Shown in pieces: positions 20,222 to 28,826 of a stretch of DNA of 64,000 nt. The translations under genes were made by a program, and so were the position numbers. Under the pieces are notes generated by a model that saw only the letters and a program-made list of their open reading frames with translations, ran no database searches and was not told the origin of the DNA. Origin of the DNA: an uncultured Gammaproteobacteria bacterium (lineage in GTDB: Bacteria > Patescibacteriota > Microgenomatia > UBA12405); the NCBI GenBank assembly GCA_964503465.1, contig CAZCYZ010000001.1:405898-469897 (forward strand), in the 5' to 3' direction. The stretch's first letter is position 1; every line of letters starts with the position of its first letter.

Positions 20222-21256
20222 ATGATACATTTGTTTCTGGGATTACTCCTTTTTTCATTTTTGATCACCAGTATATTAGTCATACCCTTTATCAATATCC
20301 TCTACAAACTTAAGTTTCAACGCCAAAAACAAAAAACCCTTGACTTCCTCAACCACAGAACACCTATCTTTGATAAATTCCATTCCCAAAAGTTTGGAAC
20401 GCCTGTCGGCGGAGGAGTACTAATCATCTGCAGTGTAGTCCTTCTCTACCTCTTCCTCTTCCCGATACTTCAACTTCTCCAAATTCACATCTCCGCCAAC
20501 TATCCAATTCAAAGAGAGCTAGAAATAATCTTTTTTACGTTTATCAGTTTTGGAGTACTCGGTCTGTACGATGATGCTAAAAAAACCTTTGGTCTCGATA
20601 AAAGTCAGTTTTTCGGACTGCGAATAATCCACAAACTCACCCTTCAACTAATACTAGCCACCATTATTTCCCTTCTCATCTACTTTCGCCTCAAAGTCAA
20701 TTTTATTTACCTACCGTTTATTGGCCCACTAACCGTTGGTCCATTTCTAATTCCAATCTATATCGTTTTCATTGTCTCATTTGCCAATTTCTTTAATATC
20801 ACTGATGGTCTCGATGGCCTGGCATCGGGATTACTGATGATATCTTTATTTGCCTTCTGGGTACTTTCGGCCAACTCGCTTGACACCCCAATTGCTCTGT
20901 TTCTGGCGCTTTGGCTTGGTAGTTTAATCGCCTTCCTATATTTCAATATTTTCCCTGCCAGAGTTTGGCTTGGAGACGTTGGGGCCTTATCGTTCGGTGC
21001 CACCTTTGCCGTTATCGCCCTTATTTTAGGTAAAATAATACCACTTATCATTGTTGGTGCTCCTTTTATTATCGAAGGGGGGAGCAGTGCCATTCAAATG
21101 TTTTCCAAAAGATTTTTGGGTAGTAAAATTTTTCCTGCTGCCCCACTTCACTTGTCGCTTCAACATGCTGGCTGGGAAGAGCCAAAAATTGTTTTCCGCG
21201 CCTGGCTAGCTGGAATTATTCTTGCTGTCTTTGGACTATGGTTAGGACTCAATTAA
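20222..21256 (+). CDS. mraY: Phospho-N-acetylmuramoyl-pentapeptide transferase
   Basis: NITDGLDGLASG and PARVWLGDVGALSFG motifs. Polytopic. Confidence 0.85.
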   Translation: MIHLFLGLLLFSFLITSILVIPFINILYKLKFQRQKQKTLDFLNHRTPIFDKFHSQKFGTPVGGGVLIICSVVLLYLFLFPILQLLQIHISANYPIQRELEIIFFTFISFGVLGLYDDAKKTFGLDKSQFFGLRIIHKLTLQLILATIISLLIYFRLKVNFIYLPFIGPLTVGPFLIPIYIVFIVSFANFFNITDGLDGLASGLLMISLFAFWVLSANSLDTPIALFLALWLGSLIAFLYFNIFPARVWLGDVGALSFGATFAVIALILGKIIPLIIVGAPFIIEGGSSAIQMFSKRFLGSKIFPAAPLHLSLQHAGWEEPKIVFRAWLAGIILAVFGLWLGLN

Positions 21257-21954
21257 TCCAAGAACTTAAGAAGGAAATTTCTCACTATCTTGGTATTCCA
21301 TACTGGTGCAATGTTTGGAATAATTTAATCCTACAAAAAGAAGGGCCATACGGAGGCAAGGGGACTTATCAAGAAATCGAACAAGCTACTAAAAACGCTG
21401 CTGAAAAAGAAGGAATCGCTAACTACTCGGATTTAACTAATTCTCAGATATACAATCTACGCAAGCGCAACCATATTGGCATCGATTGCTCCGGCCTCTG
21501 TTACCACTTACTAAACAAACTCGACTGTCTAACTGGCGGCACTGGTATTCTCTATAAAGTTACCGGAGTAGATAAACCTTTTGGTGTTCTCGGGGTGAGA
21601 ACTGTTTCTGCTAATGAACTGACTCATCCTCAAAATGCCACCAAACTGACTAACTATCAAGGTATCAAACCAGGGGATCTAATCCGTCTCGATAATGGAA
21701 AACACGTCATTTTTATCATTGAAAAAATCAGAGGCACTATAAACTATGTCCACAGCAGTGACAGAACCAAAAGTAGGGGAGTACACCTCGGTACTATTTC
21801 CATAATTAATCCCAAAATGACTCTCGACCATCAAAAATGGTCAGACACTACCATCAACGGGCAACCCTATACCACCCTATTCAAACCTACCCAAGGAGAT
21901 GGTATCTTTCGTCCCAAATTTCTTACTTCTCTTCAATCAGTTCCTCATACTTGA
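21238..21954 (+). CDS. Cytoplasmic NlpC/P60-like papain-fold hydrolase (putative)
   Basis: IGIDCSGLCYHLL Cys motif, downstream GDLIRLDNGKHVIFII His and INYVHSS. No signal peptide. Overlaps mraY by 19 nt. Confidence 0.4.
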   Translation: MVRTQLIQELKKEISHYLGIPYWCNVWNNLILQKEGPYGGKGTYQEIEQATKNAAEKEGIANYSDLTNSQIYNLRKRNHIGIDCSGLCYHLLNKLDCLTGGTGILYKVTGVDKPFGVLGVRTVSANELTHPQNATKLTNYQGIKPGDLIRLDNGKHVIFIIEKIRGTINYVHSSDRTKSRGVHLGTISIINPKMTLDHQKWSDTTINGQPYTTLFKPTQGDGIFRPKFLTSLQSVPHT

Positions 21955-22108
21955 GTGGCACTAAGGATAGTATTTCTATCTCTGTCCCACACTCGCCGCA
22001 CTCCAAAATATCACCCACTGTCATTTTCAGAGTCCTCTTAATTTCAGTTTGACAGTCTGGACAAATTATCTTTTGATTATCAATCATTCTGGAATAAAAT
22101 ATAACCTA

Positions 22109-22891
22109 ATGACGCCTCTTGTCAAGATCGATAATTTTTATCTGAAACGCGAAGACCTCAACACAACCGGCTCTGTTAAAGACAGAGCTATTCAATCTCA
22201 GGTTCAAAACCTTACAAAACTTAAATACCACTCGGCCGTTATTTCTTCAACCGGCAACGCTGCCATTTCGGCTCAACACTTTTGCCAAATACACCATATC
22301 CCATTAGTGATTTTCGTTTCCCCCCATACTCATCCAAACAAACTTAAGTTACTATCAAATTTTCACATCTCCGACAAACCCATTAGTGATGCCATAAAAT
22401 ACGCCAAACTTTACCACGCTTATTTACTTCGACAGTCAACCGATCAAGTCGCCATCGACAGTTATGGCCAAATCGCCAATGAAATCATCGACCAACTGCC
22501 ATCAATTACCAGTATTTACTTCCCAGTTGGGAGTGGAGCTACCCTGGTTGGTGTCGGTCAAAAACTTTCCTCACACGTAAAAATTATAGCCACTCAATCT
22601 GCCTTTAATCCAACCATTACTAAAACTTACTGCCCAAGTATTCCATCAGAAAAAATCAATCTCACTGACGCTCTCACTGTTAGATATCTTCCTCTAAAAT
22701 CACGACTGACCAAACTCATTGCCCACGGTCTAACTGTTCCTAACTCTCAAATTACCACTACCCAAAAAAAATTAAACTCTCAGGGAGTTCACACTTCCAA
22801 TGAAGGTGCCATGGCTCTGGCCGCTTTCCTTCAGGACCCCAAACTCGGTGGAAAATATCCAGTTATTTTGTTCACAGGTACCAATCGATGA
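22109..22891 (+). CDS. PLP-dependent beta-family enzyme (fold type II, CysK/CysM-like)
   Basis: NTTGSVKDR Schiff-base lysine motif, STGNAAIS, GSGATLVG glycine loop. Start is ambiguous (ATG 22049 or 22109). Confidence 0.6.
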   Translation: MTPLVKIDNFYLKREDLNTTGSVKDRAIQSQVQNLTKLKYHSAVISSTGNAAISAQHFCQIHHIPLVIFVSPHTHPNKLKLLSNFHISDKPISDAIKYAKLYHAYLLRQSTDQVAIDSYGQIANEIIDQLPSITSIYFPVGSGATLVGVGQKLSSHVKIIATQSAFNPTITKTYCPSIPSEKINLTDALTVRYLPLKSRLTKLIAHGLTVPNSQITTTQKKLNSQGVHTSNEGAMALAAFLQDPKLGGKYPVILFTGTNR

Positions 22892-23916
22892 ATATAGCTC
22901 AAATACTCAATGATTCACCCTACCAATTCTATTTTTTGGTTATCGACAAATTTCTTGACATTCAACCTCCAGATCTAACCCGATTCCAAACAATTACCTC
23001 ACCAAAATACAAAAACTCTGGTCAGTTACTATCGTCACCGGCCACAATTAACCTAATCAATCAACAATCAGCAAACTACCAAACCGCTGTTATCCCATTC
23101 AAACCATCTGCTAAAACCAATTTAGTCTGCCAGAAACATCACTGGGTCTACGTTGGTAATTCCACTGCTATTAGTCGAATCCTCGAAGACAAAATTAAGT
23201 TTTATCAGCTATGTCAAACCAATCATCTCCCACTAGTCCCTTCAAACATCACTACTCTAACTCCAAAAACTTTTAAACCAAATTATATAATTCAAACTCG
23301 CTTTGGCTGGGCTGGTAAATGTACCTTCAGTTTTTCAAATTACCAAGAAGCTATCCGTAAAATTCCCACCAACACTCCGATTAAAATTAGCCCATTTATT
23401 GATGGATATACCCTCACCAACAACAGTTGCTTAACTCGCTTTGGTTTAATCCAAAGCCCCCCCGCTTTGCAATACACCGGCCTAAAGCCCTATACCACTA
23501 ATCCATTTGCCACCGTTGGCCGCCAATGGCCATGCCTCTCACCCCCAAATATCCAAGAACAGATCAAAAACATTACCCAAAAATTTTCAGACGGAGTCCT
23601 CAAACCACTTAAGTACCGCGGGTTTTTTGGGCTTGATTTTCTAGTTAACCACAACAATGTTTACCTTCTTGAGTGTAATCCTCGACTAACCGCCTCTTTT
23701 GCCTTTTACACCAAACTAGAAATCACTGCTGGATTAAATCCACTCTTTTATCTCCATCTAGCCGAATTCACCAACTTAGACTACCATCTTGACATTAACC
23801 AAGAACAACATCGTTTCTACTTGCCCATCACCGGCTCAGAACTTACTCCCAAAGACCCCAATGGCCGAATCACTGACCAAATTCACTACTCTTATCCCCT
23901 CGTAAAATCACCATGA
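22888..23916 (+). CDS. ATP-grasp ligase, carbamoyl-phosphate-synthetase-like subfamily
   Basis: GFFGLDFLVNHNNVYLLECNPRLTASFAF matches the CarB-type E-x-N-P-R-x-S/T Mg site. Upstream KxxGxxGK-like and ISPFIDGY segments. Confidence 0.6.
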   Translation: MNIAQILNDSPYQFYFLVIDKFLDIQPPDLTRFQTITSPKYKNSGQLLSSPATINLINQQSANYQTAVIPFKPSAKTNLVCQKHHWVYVGNSTAISRILEDKIKFYQLCQTNHLPLVPSNITTLTPKTFKPNYIIQTRFGWAGKCTFSFSNYQEAIRKIPTNTPIKISPFIDGYTLTNNSCLTRFGLIQSPPALQYTGLKPYTTNPFATVGRQWPCLSPPNIQEQIKNITQKFSDGVLKPLKYRGFFGLDFLVNHNNVYLLECNPRLTASFAFYTKLEITAGLNPLFYLHLAEFTNLDYHLDINQEQHRFYLPITGSELTPKDPNGRITDQIHYSYPLVKSP

Positions 23917-24986
23917 AAAAACACCTTACTACCATTATCACTTTTACTTTGATTTCTATAGGCTTAATATTCATTACCATTTCTTCTCAGTCCGAAGCTA
24001 GCAATCTTTTTAATGACCAACTTCATTTTATAAAACGACAAATATTCTGGGTAGTCATTGGCACCCTTTTATATATCTTTTTTTCAAACCTCCACATCAA
24101 ACGATACCAGAAATACATCCCTAGCTTGTACCTTCTTTCCGTTGGCGCTCTTATTTTGGTTCTACTTCCACCTTTAAGTCAAAAAATTTTAGGGGCTCGC
24201 CGTTGGCTCGAGATCGGTGACGTCACTATTCAACCATCTGAAATCTTCAAGCTCAGTTCGATTCTTTTTTTCTCCCAACTATTTTCTCAAAGTCAATATC
24301 GTAATCTAAAAACGTTTCTCATCTATCTCGTTCCGCCACTACTGCTTATTATTCTTCAGCCCAACCTTAGTACTGCCATTATTACTGTCCTTATCATTAC
24401 ATCACTTTATTACCTTTCTGGCGCTGAAATAGTTCCACTATTTCTTCTTAGTTTTCTCATTACCACTGTCAGTTTTATCCTTATTATTACTTCGGGCTAC
24501 CGGTTAACTCGTCTTCAAGCTCTACTTAATCAAACCCCCATTACTTCGTACCACTCCAACCAAATCACTCTTGCCATCTCTTCTGGTGGCATTTTTGGTA
24601 AAGGTTTAGCCAACTCTGAACAAAAATATCGCTATCTACCAAAAATTCCCACTGATTCGATACTTGCCATTATCGGCGAAGAAACCGGCTTCCTCGGAAT
24701 CACTGTTATTATTTGCCTTTATCTTTACCTTATTATTCACATCTTTACTTTCACCTACCGGCTTACCAATCAATTTGACATACTTCTAGCAACCGGCGTC
24801 GGTTGTTGGTTAGCCTATCAAAGCCTAGTTAACATCTCTAGTCTGGCAACTCTTATTCCCTTAACCGGAATCCCCTTACCGCTCATATCCTACGGCGGTT
24901 CCTCGGTTACTTCTATTTTGGCAGCATTAGGTATTTTTCACAACCTTGAACAACACCAATCATCAAAATATGAACAAACAAAATAA
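23913..24986 (+). CDS. ftsW: SEDS family peptidoglycan polymerase FtsW
   Basis: Polytopic membrane protein with C-terminal GIPLPLISYGGSS motif. dcw position. Confidence 0.8.
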   Translation: MKKHLTTIITFTLISIGLIFITISSQSEASNLFNDQLHFIKRQIFWVVIGTLLYIFFSNLHIKRYQKYIPSLYLLSVGALILVLLPPLSQKILGARRWLEIGDVTIQPSEIFKLSSILFFSQLFSQSQYRNLKTFLIYLVPPLLLIILQPNLSTAIITVLIITSLYYLSGAEIVPLFLLSFLITTVSFILIITSGYRLTRLQALLNQTPITSYHSNQITLAISSGGIFGKGLANSEQKYRYLPKIPTDSILAIIGEETGFLGITVIICLYLYLIIHIFTFTYRLTNQFDILLATGVGCWLAYQSLVNISSLATLIPLTGIPLPLISYGGSSVTSILAALGIFHNLEQHQSSKYEQTK

Positions 24987-26022
24987 AACCATTATTATCA
25001 CTGGAACCCACCACACTCCAGCCCACGAACTCATTCACCAACTCCAGCACGATTCCAAAACAAACTGGCACATCTACTACATCAGCCACCAGTATCCTAC
25101 TGAAACCCACCTCGCCAATTCCATTATCCCCCAAATCGGGAAGGGGAACTTTTTCTCTATAGACTGTGGTAAATTCTATCGTCAATCCTATTTCAAAACC
25201 ATACTAGGCCTTCACCGAATTGTTCTTGCTTTTTTTAAATCAGTTTTATTAATACATCACATCAAACCAAATATTGTCGTTTCCTTCGGCGGTTATGTCT
25301 CTGTTCCAGTTGTTATGGCATCATATCTTCACCATATTCCTAGTATCACCCACGAACAGACAACCACCATGAGTTTATCAACTAAGATTAACTCCATCTT
25401 CTCAACCAGAGTCGCTCTGTCCTTTGATCCGCCTCATTTACACCGTAAACATATTCTTACTGGCAACCTACTTCGGTCGGCAATTTTCCAAACTAATAAC
25501 ACCAAATTCAACAAAACAATCATTCCGTTTATCTACGTTACTGGTGGCAATCAAGGATCACTTTTTATCAATCAAATAATCTATCAATTATTACCCAAAC
25601 TTTGCCAACGCTTTACTATTATCCACCAAACAGGCAACAAGCCAACAAAACAATTTTCTAGTCACAAATATATCCAACAAAACTATATCGACACCGACGA
25701 CATTGGATTCATTCTTCAACAAAGCCAACTTCTTATCAGCCGCAGCGGTGCCAACATCTGCCAAGAAATCGTTACTTTTAAGAAAAAATCGATTCTAATT
25801 CCCTTGCCACTATCTCAACAAAACGAACAACTTCTTAATGCTCAATGGGTCCAACGCCAGTTACCTCAACAAACCATTATCCTCGATCAATCAAAAACAA
25901 CCCCAAAAGACATTATTATTGCCATCAACAAGTTGTCCCAAATACCCACCAATCCTCAAACTAAACCAACAATTACTAATTTAAAATTACTAAATCTCAT
26001 ACATGAACTGGTTAAAACTTAG
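24946..26022 (+). CDS. murG: UDP-GlcNAc:undecaprenyl-PP-MurNAc-pentapeptide GlcNAc transferase
   Basis: GT28 family. IIITGTHHTPAHEL glycine-rich N-terminus and VTGGNQGS motif. Confidence 0.8.
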   Translation: MNNTNHQNMNKQNKTIIITGTHHTPAHELIHQLQHDSKTNWHIYYISHQYPTETHLANSIIPQIGKGNFFSIDCGKFYRQSYFKTILGLHRIVLAFFKSVLLIHHIKPNIVVSFGGYVSVPVVMASYLHHIPSITHEQTTTMSLSTKINSIFSTRVALSFDPPHLHRKHILTGNLLRSAIFQTNNTKFNKTIIPFIYVTGGNQGSLFINQIIYQLLPKLCQRFTIIHQTGNKPTKQFSSHKYIQQNYIDTDDIGFILQQSQLLISRSGANICQEIVTFKKKSILIPLPLSQQNEQLLNAQWVQRQLPQQTIILDQSKTTPKDIIIAINKLSQIPTNPQTKPTITNLKLLNLIHELVKT

Positions 26023-26332
26023 CCTACTTATCCCTTTCCTCAATCCACTCTCCCCTGAAAACCAATTTCAGACACGCCTTATTCATGCGCTATCACTCGC
26101 CAATATCAAATACAACCAGTTAAATTTTCGTGAATTCCAAAATGAAGTTGAGTTTCAGTTAGTCGAACCAGGCCAAACTCCAACCACAATTATCCTTTCC
26201 ACCCAAAAAAATCCATATTGGCAGATCAGTGCTTTACAACAAGTTCAAAAAACCAGTAGAATTAGACATAAGATTATTCGTCTTGTCAACCTTAGCTTAA
26301 ATCATCCCTATGCCACACTCGAAGATAATTAG
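26003..26332 (+). CDS. Small hypothetical protein in the ftsQ position
   Basis: 109 aa ORF bridging murG and ftsA with overlaps at both ends. No recognisable POTRA motif. Confidence 0.3.
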   Translation: MNWLKLSLLIPFLNPLSPENQFQTRLIHALSLANIKYNQLNFREFQNEVEFQLVEPGQTPTTIILSTQKNPYWQISALQQVQKTSRIRHKIIRLVNLSLNHPYATLEDN

Positions 26333-27560
26333 CGGTATCGATATTGGCACCTCCAAAATCACCACCATTATCGGACAACATCACCAGACTGAAGATCATC
26401 TAAATGTCATTGCCGTTTCTTCAACGCCAACAACAGGTTTCCGTAAAGGTCAAATTATTGACCTCGAAGAGGCCTCACATACCCTAACAGACAGTATTGA
26501 ATCAGCCGAAAGAATGGCTGGTTTTCAAATCAAAGAAGCCTCAATTACTATTACTGCCCCACACATCGAGTCAATTAACTCAAATGGCATTGTCGCCATT
26601 AGTAACCCCAATGGAGAAATATCACCCGACGACATCAATCGAGTCATTGAAGCTTCCAAGGCAGTTACCATGCCGGCAGATAAGGAAATTATTCACATCA
26701 TTCCACGTATTTATACGGTCGACGGCCAAGAAGGTATAATTGACCCTATCGGCATGAGCGGTGTTCGCCTAGAACTTCAATCCCACCTTGTCTTGGCCTC
26801 CACAGCCGCCCTAAAAAATCTCCGTAAATGTCTTGACGAAGTCGGTATAAATATCACCGAGCTAATTTATTCCGGTCTGGCCACTGCCGAAAGCACACTT
26901 ACTCCCACCGAAAAAGAGCTCGGTGTCGCCCTGGTTGACATTGGTGGTAATGCTACCAGCATTACTATTTATCTTGAAAACTCACCTGCTTTTTCTACTG
27001 TCATTCCTATTGGGGCCAATAATATCACCAACGACCTCGCTATCGGACTCAGACTACCTCTCGAAGATACAGAAAAAATAAAACTAAAACTTGGCAAAAT
27101 AGCCGAAAACAAGAAATTTGAAGATGAAATTGCCTTAACTGATCTAGGTTTAACCGACACCAGCAACAAAAAAATATCGTTCCAAACTGCGGTCAACGGT
27201 ATTCTCAAGCCACGCCTAGAAGAAATCTTTCAATTAATAAACCATCAAATTGTCCACAGTGGCTTCTCAAGCTCCATTCCTGCCGGAATTGTTCTCACTG
27301 GGGGTGGTTCACTCACCCTAACCGCCAAAGATATCTGTGCTCAGACAATTCCACTTCCACAACGAATTGCTTACCCTCCGAAAATCACCGGAGTCGTTGA
27401 TGACATTATTAACCCTGCCTACACCACCGCCATCGGCTTAATCCTCTATCAACTCAAACATGGCTCCCCCAATGATAGTTCTTCCAACAAAAAAAACAAA
27501 ATATCCGTTAATAGCTTATTTGGTAAGGTCAAGTCTTTACTCGAACCATTGCTCCCCTAA
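26310..27560 (+). CDS. ftsA: Cell division protein FtsA
   Basis: ISGIDIGTSKITTIIGQ actin-fold phosphate-1 motif. 416 aa. Confidence 0.85.
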   Translation: MPHSKIISGIDIGTSKITTIIGQHHQTEDHLNVIAVSSTPTTGFRKGQIIDLEEASHTLTDSIESAERMAGFQIKEASITITAPHIESINSNGIVAISNPNGEISPDDINRVIEASKAVTMPADKEIIHIIPRIYTVDGQEGIIDPIGMSGVRLELQSHLVLASTAALKNLRKCLDEVGINITELIYSGLATAESTLTPTEKELGVALVDIGGNATSITIYLENSPAFSTVIPIGANNITNDLAIGLRLPLEDTEKIKLKLGKIAENKKFEDEIALTDLGLTDTSNKKISFQTAVNGILKPRLEEIFQLINHQIVHSGFSSSIPAGIVLTGGGSLTLTAKDICAQTIPLPQRIAYPPKITGVVDDIINPAYTTAIGLILYQLKHGSPNDSSSNKKNKISVNSLFGKVKSLLEPLLP

Positions 27561-27563
27561 TCT

Positions 27564-28688
27564 ATGGGACTAATCAAAACACTCAGCGGTCAGTTTGCCA
27601 AGATCAAAGTCATAGGAATCGGAGGTGGTGGCAACAACGCCATCAATTCAATGGTTCTAGATGATAACTTTCATGGAGTCGACTTCGTCGCCGTTAACAC
27701 CGATTCTCAAGCCCTTCTGAACTCGCAGGCTCCGATAAAAATTCAAATTGGTGAACAACTTACCAAAGGCCTTGGAGCTGGAGGTAATCCTCAAATTGGT
27801 GAAGACGCCGCCAATGAATCAAAAGACAAAATTAAAGAAATACTTGAAAATACCGACATGGTTTTTATCACTGGAGGTATGGGTGGTGGTACCTGCACCG
27901 GTGCCGCTCCTATTATTGCCAAAATCGCCAAAGAAGAATTGGGAATTTTAACGGTAGCAGTTGTCACAAAGCCATTCCTTTTCGAAGGCACTCGCCGAAT
28001 GAGTAATGCCATTGAAGGTATCAACCGACTCAAAAACAGTGTCGACACCCTGATCGTCATCCCCAACCAAAAAGTTATGGAGGTAATCAACAACCAGGCA
28101 ACCCTTAAGGAGGCCTTTAAGATTGCTGACTCTGTCCTTCAAAAGGGAACTCAAGCCATCGCCGACATTATCACTACTCCAGGACTAATTAATCTTGATT
28201 TTGCGGACATCAAATCCATCATGAGCAATGCTGGCACAGCCTTAATGGGAGTTGGCGAGGCCGAAGGTGATAATCGGGCTCAAAGTGCCATCGAAGCCGC
28301 TATTAATTCACCACTAGTAGAAGTCAATATCAACGGCGCCCGAGGTGTGCTCATTAATGTTACAGGTGGGCCCGACCTCACCATGTCCGAGGTCGAAGAG
28401 TCGGCCCAAATCATTACCAAACGAGTTGCCCCCGATGCCAACATTATCTTCGGTACTAACATTGACGATAACTATAAGAATAAGATAAAGATCACCATTA
28501 TTGCCACAGGGTTTGATAGTTTTACTCCAACGAGCACCACCAACACTCCAACCACCACTCCTCCATCATCTGAAAAAACCCTTACCCAAGACGAAGTTGA
28601 CAAGTACCTTAACGGCCAAACTATTCCCACCGGTATCAACATTGTTGACGAGTTCGACATTCCCGCCTTTCTTCGCAAAAATCAATAA
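27564..28688 (+). CDS. ftsZ: Cell division protein FtsZ
   Basis: IKVIGIGGGGNNAIN and GGMGGGTCTGAAPIIAKIAKE tubulin signature. T/P-rich C-terminal linker. Confidence 0.9.
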   Translation: MGLIKTLSGQFAKIKVIGIGGGGNNAINSMVLDDNFHGVDFVAVNTDSQALLNSQAPIKIQIGEQLTKGLGAGGNPQIGEDAANESKDKIKEILENTDMVFITGGMGGGTCTGAAPIIAKIAKEELGILTVAVVTKPFLFEGTRRMSNAIEGINRLKNSVDTLIVIPNQKVMEVINNQATLKEAFKIADSVLQKGTQAIADIITTPGLINLDFADIKSIMSNAGTALMGVGEAEGDNRAQSAIEAAINSPLVEVNINGARGVLINVTGGPDLTMSEVEESAQIITKRVAPDANIIFGTNIDDNYKNKIKITIIATGFDSFTPTSTTNTPTTTPPSSEKTLTQDEVDKYLNGQTIPTGINIVDEFDIPAFLRKNQ

Positions 28689-28773
28689 ATTTGTTATAAT
28701 TCCAACACAATGGTCTTTTGTCTCAACATTATTATCTAGCTGCGGATCCCGATGGGGGAGTCCCGTAGCAATC

Positions 28774-28803
28774 AAAATCCCGCACAAGCGGGATTTTTTA
28801 TTT
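28774..28803 (+). terminator. Rho-independent terminator after ftsZ
   Basis: Perfect 10-bp stem AAAATCCCGC/GCGGGATTTT with loop ACAA, followed by a T-rich run (TTATTT). Confidence 0.7.
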
Positions 28804-28826
28804 AAAAAAAATATATAATCAATCTT

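Noticed and set aside
28689-28826. Possible T-box leader or small RNA between ftsZ and ileS (extended -10 TGtTATAAT at about 28692, then a hairpin terminator)
   Set aside because: No T-box consensus (AGGGUGGNACCGCG) or specifier/antiterminator architecture is visible. Most simply explained as the ftsZ-operon terminator plus the ileS promoter.
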